From Thiohalocapsa sp. (lineage in GTDB: Bacteria; Pseudomonadota; Gammaproteobacteria; Chromatiales; Chromatiaceae), in contig JAIPFF010000024.1 in the NCBI GenBank assembly GCA_021736785.1, forward strand, positions 1,507 to 65,506: a stretch of DNA of 64,000 nucleotides, read 5' to 3'. The position numbers and the translations under genes are program-made. Below are positions 37,048 to 46,857 of the stretch, piece by piece. Within the stretch, counting starts at the first letter, position 1; every line of letters begins with the position of its first letter. The notes under the pieces were generated by a model. The model was not told where the DNA came from. It was given only the letters and a program-made list of their open reading frames with translations, and did no database searches.

Positions 37048-38195
37048 TCCCCCGCGCCGGCAACGGCACAACGGCCGACATCCGTCGGCGGCTCTACGCA
37101 TTGGGACTCTGTGCATGTTGGCTGGCGGCAGCGGCAGCGGCGCCGCCCGATTTTGTCCCGATCAGCGCCGATCAACAGCGGGCGTTCGGTATCGAGACCG
37201 CCGCGCCCGCTGTCGCGGAGGGGACCCTGTCACGCCGCTATCCCGCGCGGATCGCAGTACCGAACCGGCAGCTGCGGATCGTAGCTGCCCCGCAGCCCGG
37301 TGTGCTCGAAGCGCTGCTCGTCGCCGAAGGCGAGTCTGTCGAGGCCGGCCGAGTACTGGCCTCCCTGAAGAGCCCGGAACTGGTGAATGCCCAGAGCGCC
37401 TATCTCGAGGCAATGACGCGTCTCGATCTCGCCGAGAGCGAGCACGCACGCGACCGCAAACTGCACGCTGAAGGCGTGATCGCCGAGCGGCGCTTACTGG
37501 AGAGCAGCGCACGCCGCACCGAGCTCGCGACCCTGTTGGAGCAGCGCCGCCAGGTGCTGCGGCTGGCGGGCATGTCGGCCGCCGATGTCGACACACTGGC
37601 GCAGACGCGGCAATTGACCAGCAGTCTTGCGGTGCGCTCGCCAATCGCGGGCGTCATTCTGGAGCAGATGGTCAGCACCGGCGAGTCGGTAGCGGCCGCG
37701 GCACCGCTTTATCGCGTGGCGCAGTTGGACCCGCTCTGGGTCGAGGTGCATGTCCCGGTGGACCGGCTTGGCGGCATCGCCGAGGGGGCGCGGGTGCTGT
37801 TGCCGGAGCAAGGCATCGAGGGCCGCGTCATTACCGTCGGGCGCATGGTCCACGGCGAGGACCAGGGCGTACTGGTGCGCGCCGAAGTGCGGGAAGGCAC
37901 GGGGGCGCTGCGCCCGGGCCAGTTTGCGGAGGTGCAGCTAGTCGCTGCAGGCGACGAAGGCGAACAATGGCGCATCCCCGCGGCAGCAGTGGTGCGTGAT
38001 GCGGGCGAGGCCTACGTCTTCGCCGCAGCCGACGGCGGCTTCGTCGTGCGACCGGTGCAAGTGCTCGCGGAGGAAGACCGCACGACGGTTGTCGGCGGCA
38101 ATCTCGATAGCGCGGTCCGGCTCGCCGTCAGCGGTACCGTCGCGCTGAAGGCGGCCTGGTTGGGCGGCAAAGACAGCGGCTCCGGCCAAGACTGA
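37044..38195 (+). CDS. efflux RND periplasmic adaptor (membrane fusion) subunit
   Basis: 383 aa. 'APQPGVLEALLVAEGESVEAGRVLASLKSPEL' (lipoyl-like hairpin) and 'VRSPIAGVILEQMVSTGESV'. TGATG overlap with the RND pump. Confidence 0.88.
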   Translation: MIPRAGNGTTADIRRRLYALGLCACWLAAAAAAPPDFVPISADQQRAFGIETAAPAVAEGTLSRRYPARIAVPNRQLRIVAAPQPGVLEALLVAEGESVEAGRVLASLKSPELVNAQSAYLEAMTRLDLAESEHARDRKLHAEGVIAERRLLESSARRTELATLLEQRRQVLRLAGMSAADVDTLAQTRQLTSSLAVRSPIAGVILEQMVSTGESVAAAAPLYRVAQLDPLWVEVHVPVDRLGGIAEGARVLLPEQGIEGRVITVGRMVHGEDQGVLVRAEVREGTGALRPGQFAEVQLVAAGDEGEQWRIPAAAVVRDAGEAYVFAAADGGFVVRPVQVLAEEDRTTVVGGNLDSAVRLAVSGTVALKAAWLGGKDSGSGQD

Positions 38196-41100
38196 TGCTC
38201 GCACGCCTGATCCAATTTTCGCTGACGCAGCGACTGCTCATCCTGCTCGCCGTGCTATTGCTGATCGGAGGCGGTTGGCGCGCCCTGCAGCAGACGCCGA
38301 TCGATGCCTTTCCGGACGTCGCCACGACCCAGGTCAAAATCATCGTCAAGGCCCCCGGCATGACGCCCGAGGAGGTGGAATCGCGCATCACGAGCCTGAT
38401 CGAAGTGGAGATGCTCGGCATCCCGCGCCAGACCATGCTGCGATCCATCGCCAAGTACGCGCTGACGGACATCACCGTCGACTTCGCCGAAGGGACGGAT
38501 ATCTACTGGGCTCGGCAGCAGGTCTCCGAGCGGCTGTCGGCGATCTGGGGCGATCTCCCCGCGGGTATCGCGGGCGGCATCGCGCCGATGACCACCCCCC
38601 TCGGCGAGATGTTCATGTTCAGCATCGAGGGCGGCGGCCTCAGCCTGGCGGAAAAGCGCGACCTGCTGGACTGGACCATTCGGCCCGCCCTGCGCTCGGT
38701 ACCGGGCGTTGCCGACGTCAACGCGCTGGGCGGCTTCGTGACCACCTTCGAGGTGGTGCCGGACAACGCCCGCATGGCCGCCAACGGCATTCGGCTCCAA
38801 GACCTGACGGACGCCATCGCGGCCAATAACCGCAACGACGGCGCCGGGCGCCTGGACGAGGGCGAAGAGGTGCTGTTGGTGCGCAGCGAAGGCGCGATCC
38901 GCACGCTGGACGACCTGGCCGGCATCGTCGTCGGCGGCAGCGCGCAGCAGCCGGTGCGGATCGCGGATATCGCCGAGGTGCGCCTGTCCGCGCTGACCCG
39001 CTACGGCGCCGTTACCCGCAACGGCGTCGGAGAGACCGTCGAAGGTCTGGTGCTGGGCCTGCGCGGCGCCAACGCCCGGGCCGTGGTGCAGGGCGTTCAG
39101 GCGAAGCTCGACGAGTTGGCCGTCGGCCTGCCCGAGGGCGTCGAGATCGATGTCTTTTACGATCGGGGCGTGCTGGTCGACAAGGCGGTACATACCGTCG
39201 GCAAGGCGCTCATCGAGGCCGTCGTGCTGGTACTCGTGCTGCTGGTGCTGTTCCTCGGCGACCTGCGCGCGGCGCTGACCGTGGCGCTGATCCTGCCGCT
39301 CGCGGCGCTGGCCACGTTCATCTTGATGCACCAGTTCGGGCTGTCCGCAAACCTGATGTCGTTGGGCGGTCTCGCCATCGCGATCGGCATGCTGGTCGAT
39401 GCCGCCGTCGTCGTCGTCGAGAACGTCGTCAGCCAGCTGGCCGCCCAGTCTCGAAAACACGGCGACAAAGGCCGGCTGCCCCGGCTGCACCTGATCTACC
39501 GCGCCTCGCGCGAAGTATCGGTGCCGGTGGCATCGGGCATCGTGATCATCATCATCGTGTTTCTGCCGCTGCTGACGCTACAGGGCCTGGAGGGGAAACT
39601 GTTCGTGCCGGTGGCGCTGACCATCGTCTTCGCGCTGGCGAGCTCGCTGCTGCTGTCGCTGACGGTGATTCCCGTGCTGAGCTCCTACCTGCTCGGAAAG
39701 GGCGGTCACGCCGACCCCTGGCTGGTGCGCGGGCTGCTGCGCATCTACGACCCCGTTCTGCGCTGGAGCCTGCGCCGGGAGTGGCTCGTGCTCGGGCTCG
39801 CTTTGGTGTTGCTGGTCGGTGCCGGTGCGCTCTATACGCGCATCGGCAAGGCCTTCATGCCGACCATGGACGAAGGCGACTTGATCGTCCAACTGGAGAA
39901 GCTGCCGTCCATCAGCCTGGCCGAGTCCATCGCCATCGATCAACGGGTGCAGCGCGCGATCCTGGAAGCGGTGCCGGAGGTGGGCGCTATCGTCGCGCGT
40001 ACCGGCTCCGACGAGTTGGGCCTGGACCCGATGGGCCTGAATCAGACCGACAGCTTCCTGGTGCTCAAGCCCCGCGAAGAATGGCGGTTCGCCACCAAGG
40101 ATGAACTGATCGATGCCATCCGCGTCGTTTTGGAGCGTTTCCCCGGTGTCGACTACGCCTTCACGCAGCCCATCGAGATGCGCGTGTCGGAGATGCTGAC
40201 CGGCGTACGTGGCGACCTGGCCGTGAAGATTTTCGGCGGCGATCAAGACCAGCTGAACCGCACCGCCGAGGCAGTGGTCGGCGTGCTCGAGAACATCGAC
40301 GGGGCCGAGGACGTCTACACGCCGCGCAACGACGGTGCGCAATACTTGAATCTGGTCGTGGACAGGCTCGAGGCCGGACGGCTCGGCATCGATGCCGACA
40401 CGCTCGCGGCGTTGCTTCGGGCGCATGTCGAAGGCTTGCCGATCGGTACCGTCTACCTCGAGGGCAAGCGGCGCCCGCTGGTCGCGCGCGGGCCCGAGTC
40501 GCTGCGCACATCTCCTGCCCGCTTTGCCGGTCTGCAGCTGGCGCTGCCGGACGGACGCTCGGTGCCGGTCGCCAATCTCGTCCGCATCGAGCGCATCGAG
40601 GGACCCGTGGCCCTATCCCGCGAGCGCGGCAACCGCATGGCGGTCGCCATCGCCAACGTCGGAGGGCGCGATCTGGTGGGCTTCGTCGAGGAGGCGAAGC
40701 AGGCGGTCGCCGAGCAAGTGAGATTGCCGACGGGCTACTGGCTCGAGTGGGGCGGCGAGTTCGAAAACCAGCAGCGCGCCGCGGCACGGCTGGCGCTTGT
40801 CGTTCCCATCGCCTTGGGTCTGATCTTCCTGGTGCTGTTCTCCACCTTCCGCTCCGTCAAGCAGGCGGCGCTGGTGCTGTCGAACATTCCGTTCGCGCTG
40901 ATCGGCGGCATCGTCGGTCTTGGGATCACCGGCGAGTATCTGTCCGTTCCCGCGTCGGTGGGGTTCATCGCACTGCTCGGCATCGCGGTGCTGAACGGCG
41001 TCGTCATGGTGACCTGGTTCAATCAGCTTCGCGCGCTGGGTCGGCCCATGGCCGAGGTCGTGGTCGACGGTGCGAAGCGGCGGCTGCGACCGGTGCTGAT

Positions 41101-41266
41101 GACGGCGAGCATTGCTGCGTTCGGCCTGGTGCCGCTGCTGTTCGCGACCGGTCCGGGCTCCGAGATCCAGCGCCCGCTGGCCGTCGTCGTCATCGGCGGC
41201 CTCGCATCTTCGACGCTGCTGACGCTGATCCTGTTGCCCATTCTCTACCGGCGCTTCGGGGAGTGA
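38195..41266 (+). CDS. CusA/CzcA-family heavy-metal efflux RND transporter
   Basis: 1023 aa. 'MLARLIQFSLTQRLLILL', 'SLGGLAIAIGMLVDAAVVVVENV' (closer to the CusA-type TM4 than the CzcA-type). 12-TM RND layout. Confidence 0.92.
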   Translation: MLARLIQFSLTQRLLILLAVLLLIGGGWRALQQTPIDAFPDVATTQVKIIVKAPGMTPEEVESRITSLIEVEMLGIPRQTMLRSIAKYALTDITVDFAEGTDIYWARQQVSERLSAIWGDLPAGIAGGIAPMTTPLGEMFMFSIEGGGLSLAEKRDLLDWTIRPALRSVPGVADVNALGGFVTTFEVVPDNARMAANGIRLQDLTDAIAANNRNDGAGRLDEGEEVLLVRSEGAIRTLDDLAGIVVGGSAQQPVRIADIAEVRLSALTRYGAVTRNGVGETVEGLVLGLRGANARAVVQGVQAKLDELAVGLPEGVEIDVFYDRGVLVDKAVHTVGKALIEAVVLVLVLLVLFLGDLRAALTVALILPLAALATFILMHQFGLSANLMSLGGLAIAIGMLVDAAVVVVENVVSQLAAQSRKHGDKGRLPRLHLIYRASREVSVPVASGIVIIIIVFLPLLTLQGLEGKLFVPVALTIVFALASSLLLSLTVIPVLSSYLLGKGGHADPWLVRGLLRIYDPVLRWSLRREWLVLGLALVLLVGAGALYTRIGKAFMPTMDEGDLIVQLEKLPSISLAESIAIDQRVQRAILEAVPEVGAIVARTGSDELGLDPMGLNQTDSFLVLKPREEWRFATKDELIDAIRVVLERFPGVDYAFTQPIEMRVSEMLTGVRGDLAVKIFGGDQDQLNRTAEAVVGVLENIDGAEDVYTPRNDGAQYLNLVVDRLEAGRLGIDADTLAALLRAHVEGLPIGTVYLEGKRRPLVARGPESLRTSPARFAGLQLALPDGRSVPVANLVRIERIEGPVALSRERGNRMAVAIANVGGRDLVGFVEEAKQAVAEQVRLPTGYWLEWGGEFENQQRAAARLALVVPIALGLIFLVLFSTFRSVKQAALVLSNIPFALIGGIVGLGITGEYLSVPASVGFIALLGIAVLNGVVMVTWFNQLRALGRPMAEVVVDGAKRRLRPVLMTASIAAFGLVPLLFATGPGSEIQRPLAVVVIGGLASSTLLTLILLPILYRRFGE

Positions 41267-41268
41267 AC

Positions 41269-41571
41269 ATGTCTGACTGCTTACTGCACCTGATCGTCTC
41301 GCCGCAGGTCGAAGACGCGCTCTCGGAGTGGCTGCTCGAGCGCGAGGACGTGCCCGGTTTTTCCAGCACGCCGGTTTCCGGGCACGGTTCGTCGGAGCAG
41401 TCCATGACCCTTGCCGAGCAGGTCGCCGGGCGCAGCCGCCGGGTCATGTTCTTCATGCATCTGCCGGCGCAGACCGCCGCGCAGCTGCTCGACGACCTCA
41501 GACATGCCTTCGCCGGCAGCGGGCTGCACTACTGGCTGCTGCCGGTCTCCGAGTCCGGTCACCTGGACTGA
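41269..41571 (+). CDS. DUF3240 family protein (small PII-like protein commonly following heavy-metal RND pumps)
   Basis: ORF 40747..41571, trimmed to the ATG at 41269, 3 nt after the pump stop. 'LLHLIVSPQVEDALSEWLLEREDVPGFSSTPVSGHG'. Confidence 0.65.
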   Translation: MSDCLLHLIVSPQVEDALSEWLLEREDVPGFSSTPVSGHGSSEQSMTLAEQVAGRSRRVMFFMHLPAQTAAQLLDDLRHAFAGSGLHYWLLPVSESGHLD

Positions 41572-41752
41572 CCGCGCGCAGTCCTCCGCGCTGCCGACAG
41601 ACAACAAGCGGCAACCTTCACTTTGGGCCCGTGCCGCGCGCGGACGCCTTTCAGCTTCAGTTCATCGCGACTCTCTAAAATTTGAGTCATCAGCCATCAA
41701 CAAGCCGCCGCCAAGCGTTGTGCGTGCGGTTCCAGCTCAGGACGAGGTCGAG

Positions 41753-42157
41753 ATGAACATACGAAATCATTTTCGCGGCGCGCTCCCCGCGACGCTGCTG
41801 GTCGGTCTATGCCTCGCGGGCGCCCATGCCCATGCCGCCGGGCGTCTTGTGCTCGAAACCGAGCCGTCGCCGACCATTGCGCCCGAAGCAGTCGAGTATC
41901 GCTGGAGCGACGGCGCACTCGAAGTCAGCGGACGGGTCGCCAAGCAACAGATCCGTCATGGCCGCATTCACGGCCACGTGGACATAGAATTGCTGGATGC
42001 CGACGGCAATGTCCTCGAGCGCCGGTCCGCGGCGCTGACGCGCCACTTGCCGAATCGGCGCGACCCGCGCCGGGCGTCGTTCGACAAGACAATCGACAAT
42101 GTCCCGGAGGCGGTCGCAGGGATCAGGGTGTCGCACCGCGTCGGCCACTGGTACTGA
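41753..42157 (+). CDS. small secreted His-rich hypothetical protein
   Basis: ORF 41411..42157, trimmed to the ATG at 41753. Signal peptide 'LPATLLVGLCLAGAHAHA'. His-rich 'IRHGRIHGHVDIE' and 'VSHRVGHWY'. Confidence 0.5.
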   Translation: MNIRNHFRGALPATLLVGLCLAGAHAHAAGRLVLETEPSPTIAPEAVEYRWSDGALEVSGRVAKQQIRHGRIHGHVDIELLDADGNVLERRSAALTRHLPNRRDPRRASFDKTIDNVPEAVAGIRVSHRVGHWY

Positions 42158-42286
42158 CGAACGCGCCCGCGGCGCACCGCGGGCGCGGGCCCGCGCCCGG
42201 AATCGAAATCCGCACACGCGCGGAGAATTCCGGCGCGATTCGGGGTCGAATACCGGACATGTCCCGGAATAGATCCCGTCACGATC

Positions 42287-45200
42287 ATGCGCCAGGTTAT
42301 CGTTCCTCTGGCCTCCGAGCCGGCCTATGCCGATCTCAATGCCGCCCGCTTCGCGCCGGAAGCATCGCTGCGCCGGCAGTGGCTGGATCATCCTCCCCTG
42401 CCTGCGGACACCCGCGCCGCGGTCTTGCAGCGCGCCCGCCGCTGGGTGCTGGCACTGCGGGAAAAGCCCGGTGCCGGCAGCGCGCTCGATGACTTCCTGA
42501 ATGCCTATTCACTGAGCAGCCGGGAAGGCGTCGCCCTGATGTGCCTGGCGGAGGCGGCGCTGCGCATCCCGGACGAGGCGACGCTGGACGCGCTGATCCG
42601 CGACAAGCTCACCGGCACCGACTGGCGCGGCACCGCTCACCGGGGCTCGCTGTTCGTCAACGCCTCCACCTGGGCATTGATGCTGACCGGCCGCATGATG
42701 GCTTGGCGCGAAGATCCCGCCGACGACCTGCTCGGCGCACTGCGCCGGCGCCTGCAGCGCGGCGGCGAGCCCGTGGTCCGCCAGGCGCTGCGCCGGGCGA
42801 TGGCCATCCTGGGCGAGCAGTTCGTCATGGGACGCAGCATCGCAGAGGCGCTGCAACGCGCCGAGCGCGGGCGCGCCGCCCGATTACGCCATTCCTTCGA
42901 CATGCTCGGCGAGGCAGCGCGGACCGCGGCCGACGCCGAGCGCTACCGCCGGCGTTACGAGGCCGCCATCGACGCCGTCGGCGAAGCCGCCGCCGGTCGC
43001 GGACCCGTCGACGGGCCGGGCATCTCCATCAAGCTCTCGGCCCTGCACCCGCGCTTCGAGCCGGCGCAGGCCGAGCGCGTGCGCGCCGAATTGCTGCCGA
43101 TACTGCTCGGGCTGGCGGAGCGCGCCGCGGCGGCGGACATCGGGCTGACCATCGATGCCGAGGAGGCATCGCGGCTGGACCTGCAGCTCGATCTGCTCGC
43201 GGCATTGTGCGCCGCGCCGGCCCTGGCCGGCTGGGACGGGCTCGGCGTCGCGGTGCAGGCCTACCAGCGCCGGGCTCCCGCCGTGATCGAACTGCTCGGC
43301 GACCTGGCCACTCGTCACCAGCGCCGGCTGATGGTGCGCCTGGTCAAGGGCGCCTATTGGGACACCGAGATCAAGCTCGCCCAGCAACAGGGACTGCCCG
43401 GCTATCCGGTCTTCACGCGCAAGGTCAATACGGACCTGTGCTACCTGGACTGCACGACGCGCCTGTTCGGCCTCGGTGATCGCATCTACCCCCAGTTCGC
43501 CACCCACAACGCCCATACCGTCGCGGCAGTGCTCGCGGTCGCCGGCGGGCGGCCGTTCGAGCTGCAGCGCCTGCACGGCATGGGGGAGGCACTCTACGAG
43601 CAGGTGCTGGGCGAGGTCGATGTCCCCTGCCGAGCCTACGATCCAGTGGGCAGCCACGAGGAGCTGCTGCCCTATCTCGTGCGGCGTCTGCTGGAGAACG
43701 GCGCCAACAGCTCCTTCGTGCACCGCATTGCCGACGCCGGGCTGCCGGTGGAAACGGTGGTCCGCGACCCGTTCGACATCGCCGGGGCGCAACAGAGCGC
43801 CGAGCATCCCGGGATACCTGCGCCCCGTGATCTGTACCTGCCGGACCGCACCAATTCCGCCGGGGTCGATCTGTCCGATCCGGCGGCGCTGACCACCATG
43901 GTCGCGCGCGTGGAAGCGGCCGGCGGCACCCGCCCGGACGGCATCTGGCGGGCGGGTCCGCTGATCGACGGCGCGGCACCGGTGCACGCCGGTGCAGAAG
44001 GCACCCCGCGGGCAGTGTTCGCCCCGGCCGACCGGCGCCGGCGCATCGGCGAGGTGCGGCAAACGAGCGCCGTCCAGCTCGATCGGGCCATCGCGAGCGC
44101 AACGGCCGCGGCGCCGGAGTGGGACGCAACGCCGGCGGATACCCGTGCCGAATGCCTGGAACATGCCGCGGACCTGATCGAGGCGCACCTCGGCGACTTC
44201 GTCGCCCTGTGTTGCGACGAGGCCGGCAAGACCGTCGCCGACGGTATTGCCGAGGTGCGCGAGGCGGCGGACTTCTGCCGCTACTACGCGGCCCGTGCCC
44301 GGGAGCGATTCGCCGGCCCGCTCGAACTGCGCGGCCCCACCGGCGAGCGCAATTTGCTGTCGCTGCACGGGCGCGGTGTGTTTGCCTGCATCAGCCCGTG
44401 GAACTTCCCGCTCGCCATCTTCACCGGACAGATCGCGGCGGCGCTCGCCGCCGGCAACGCGGTGGTCGCGAAGCCGGCGGAACAGACACCGCTGACCGCG
44501 GCACTCGGCGTCGAGCTGCTGCATCGAGCCGGCATTCCGGCGGCCGCGCTTCAGTTCGTTCCCGGCGATGGACCCGGCGTCGGCGCGCCGCTGGCGGCGG
44601 ACCCGCGCATCGGCGGCGTGGTGTTCACGGGCTCGCTGGCGACCGCCAAGGCGATCCACCGCGCGCTTGCCGAGCGCGACGGTCCGATCGTGCCGCTGAT
44701 CGCCGAGACCGGCGGACAAAATGCCATGATCGTGGACGCCTCCGCGCTGCCGGAGCAGGTGATCGCCGACGTGGTGGCTTCGAGCTTCCAAAGCGCCGGC
44801 CAACGCTGCTCGGCGTTGCGGGTCCTGTACGTCCAGCAAGACATCGCCGAGCGTCTCCTGACCATGCTCGCCGGCGCCATGGCCGAGCTCGGCATCGGCG
44901 ATCCGTCTGACATCGCGACCGATGTCGGCCCGGTCATCGACGCCGACGCGCTGGCCATGCTCGAGCGCCACGCCGCGCGCATGGACCGCGAGGCACGGCT
45001 GATCCATGCTTGCGCGCTGCCCGCGGCCGTCGAGCAGGGCACTTTCTTCGCACCACGCGCCTACGAGATCGATGATTTGAGCCGGCTCGAGGGCGAGGTC
45101 TTCGGGCCTATCCTGCACGTGATCCGCTACCGCGCCGAAGCACTGGCGGACGTCGTCGATGCCATCGACGCGGCCGGCTACGGCCTGACCTTCGGCGTGC

Positions 45201-45454
45201 ACAGCCGCATCGAGCACGACATCGCCCGTATCACATCGCGCGTACGGGCCGGCAACCAGTACGTCAACCGCAACATGATCGGCGCAGTCGTCGGCGTGCA
45301 GCCGTTCGGTGGCGAAGGCCTGTCCGGCACCGGGCCGAAGGCCGGCGGACCGGACTATCTGCCGCGCTTCGCCGTGGAGCGTGTCGTCAGCATCAACACC
45401 GCCGCTGCCGGCGGTAACACCGCCCTGCTCTCCCTCGACGACGAGGCGCGTTGA
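42287..45454 (+). CDS. putA: bifunctional proline dehydrogenase / L-glutamate gamma-semialdehyde dehydrogenase
   Basis: 1055 aa. 'REGVALMCLAEAALRIPD' and 'VRLVKGAYWDTEI' (proline dehydrogenase barrel). 'FACISPWNFPLAIF' and 'ETGGQNAMIVD...FQSAGQRCSA' (aldehyde dehydrogenase catalytic Cys). No N-terminal ribbon-helix-helix domain. Confidence 0.93.
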   Translation: MRQVIVPLASEPAYADLNAARFAPEASLRRQWLDHPPLPADTRAAVLQRARRWVLALREKPGAGSALDDFLNAYSLSSREGVALMCLAEAALRIPDEATLDALIRDKLTGTDWRGTAHRGSLFVNASTWALMLTGRMMAWREDPADDLLGALRRRLQRGGEPVVRQALRRAMAILGEQFVMGRSIAEALQRAERGRAARLRHSFDMLGEAARTAADAERYRRRYEAAIDAVGEAAAGRGPVDGPGISIKLSALHPRFEPAQAERVRAELLPILLGLAERAAAADIGLTIDAEEASRLDLQLDLLAALCAAPALAGWDGLGVAVQAYQRRAPAVIELLGDLATRHQRRLMVRLVKGAYWDTEIKLAQQQGLPGYPVFTRKVNTDLCYLDCTTRLFGLGDRIYPQFATHNAHTVAAVLAVAGGRPFELQRLHGMGEALYEQVLGEVDVPCRAYDPVGSHEELLPYLVRRLLENGANSSFVHRIADAGLPVETVVRDPFDIAGAQQSAEHPGIPAPRDLYLPDRTNSAGVDLSDPAALTTMVARVEAAGGTRPDGIWRAGPLIDGAAPVHAGAEGTPRAVFAPADRRRRIGEVRQTSAVQLDRAIASATAAAPEWDATPADTRAECLEHAADLIEAHLGDFVALCCDEAGKTVADGIAEVREAADFCRYYAARARERFAGPLELRGPTGERNLLSLHGRGVFACISPWNFPLAIFTGQIAAALAAGNAVVAKPAEQTPLTAALGVELLHRAGIPAAALQFVPGDGPGVGAPLAADPRIGGVVFTGSLATAKAIHRALAERDGPIVPLIAETGGQNAMIVDASALPEQVIADVVASSFQSAGQRCSALRVLYVQQDIAERLLTMLAGAMAELGIGDPSDIATDVGPVIDADALAMLERHAARMDREARLIHACALPAAVEQGTFFAPRAYEIDDLSRLEGEVFGPILHVIRYRAEALADVVDAIDAAGYGLTFGVHSRIEHDIARITSRVRAGNQYVNRNMIGAVVGVQPFGGEGLSGTGPKAGGPDYLPRFAVERVVSINTAAAGGNTALLSLDDEAR

Positions 45455-45618
45455 TCCGTCCCCGCGACGAGGCCCGGATCGCACCGGGGTCACGCCGCAA
45501 AACCGCGTCCGCGGAAGGCGCACGTCGGCTTGTGCTGCGCTAACATGCTGTGGGTACGACAACAAGACGCGGCTTCTGACCGCGCCTACTTCCCACCCAC
45601 ACCGAAGCGAGAACGACT

Positions 45619-46341
45619 ATGTCTAGAGTGGCATTGGTGACCGGAGGAACCCGCGGCATCGGCGAAGCGATCTCGACGGCGCTGAAAGACGCGGGCTATA
45701 GCGTGGCCGCGAACTACTGCGGCAATGACGAAGCGGCCAAGGCATTCACGGAGCGCACGGGCATCCCGGCCTATAAATTCGATGTCGGCGATTACGAGGC
45801 GGTCAAGAACGGTATCGAAAAGATCGCCGGCGATCTCGGCCCGGTGGATGTGCTGATCAACAATGCCGGCATTACCCGCGACGGCACCATGCACAAAATG
45901 ACCTTCGAGCAGTGGCACCAGGTGATCGATACCAATCTGGGCTCCTGCTTCAACTGCTCGCGGGCGGTGATCGAGGCCATGCGCGAGCGCGGCTTCGGGC
46001 GCATCGTCAACATCGGATCGATCAACGGACAGGCCGGGCAGTACGGCCAGGTGAACTATGCCGCCGCCAAGTCCGGCATCCACGGCTTCACCAAGGCACT
46101 GGCGCAGGAAGGCGCGGCCAAGGGCATCACCGTCAATGCGGTCGCGCCGGGGTACGTGGACACCGAGATGGTGCGGGCAGTGCCGCCCGACGTGCTGGAC
46201 AAGATCGTCAAGCGCATCCCGGTAGGGCGCTTGGGAACGCCGCAGGACATTGCACGCACTGTCCTGTTTCTGGTGGCCGACGATGCGGGGTTCATCACCG
46301 GCGCGACAGTGTCGGTAAACGGCGGCCAGCATATGTACTGA
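45619..46341 (+). CDS. phbB: acetoacetyl-CoA reductase (SDR family)
   Basis: 240 aa. 'VALVTGGTRGIG', 'NNAGITRD' and 'YAAAKSG', with overall PhaB-like sequence 'AYKFDVGDYEAV...VNGGQHMY'. Confidence 0.85.
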   Translation: MSRVALVTGGTRGIGEAISTALKDAGYSVAANYCGNDEAAKAFTERTGIPAYKFDVGDYEAVKNGIEKIAGDLGPVDVLINNAGITRDGTMHKMTFEQWHQVIDTNLGSCFNCSRAVIEAMRERGFGRIVNIGSINGQAGQYGQVNYAAAKSGIHGFTKALAQEGAAKGITVNAVAPGYVDTEMVRAVPPDVLDKIVKRIPVGRLGTPQDIARTVLFLVADDAGFITGATVSVNGGQHMY

Positions 46342-46426
46342 GACTGCCCGCGCTCGCCCGGGCGGCCGGCCGGCGGGCCGGTCGGCGAGCGCCGGGCGCT
46401 GCACGGGAACGGCGACACGCCGGCGT

Positions 46427-46606
46427 TTATCCCTTGGGGCCGAACAGCAGCCAGAGTATCAGGCCGAGTACCGGAATCAATAGGATCAGGACGACCCAGA
46501 TCACCTTAGACGCCGTACCGGCGCCGCTCTGCACGATCTTGACGATGGCGTAAACCATCAGGACCAGCAGGATGAGTCCGAGCAGCCCGCCCACTTCTAT
46601 GCCCAT
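46427..46606 (-). CDS. PLDc_N (PLD nuclease N-terminal) domain small membrane protein
   Basis: ORF 46427..46693, trimmed to the ATG at 46606 (GGAGGAGGAG upstream). 59 aa with two TMs: 'IWVVLILLIPVLGLILWLLFGPKG'. Confidence 0.7.
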   Translation of the reverse strand: MGIEVGGLLGLILLVLMVYAIVKIVQSGAGTASKVIWVVLILLIPVLGLILWLLFGPKG

Positions 46607-46857
46607 GGCTCGTCTCCTCCTCCGCATCGCGGGAGATACGCCGATCGATCGGCTCCGAAGGCCGAGCATCGGCATGGGGTGCGAACATACCATCCGCGGG
46701 GAAGCCGCGGGTACCGGCGCCAGGGCATCCGAAGCCTAAGCCGATAGCGTGTCGCACGGCATCCGACGAGCACCGGATCGAGCGGTACTCGGCTAAACGC
46801 CTAACCTTAACATAGGCCACAGGCCCGACATTTCAGCACCGGATACGAAGACGCAGT

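Noticed and set aside
42884-45565. 893-aa minus-strand ORF
   Set aside because: It is antisense to putA, whose identity is clear over its whole length. This is a shadow ORF.
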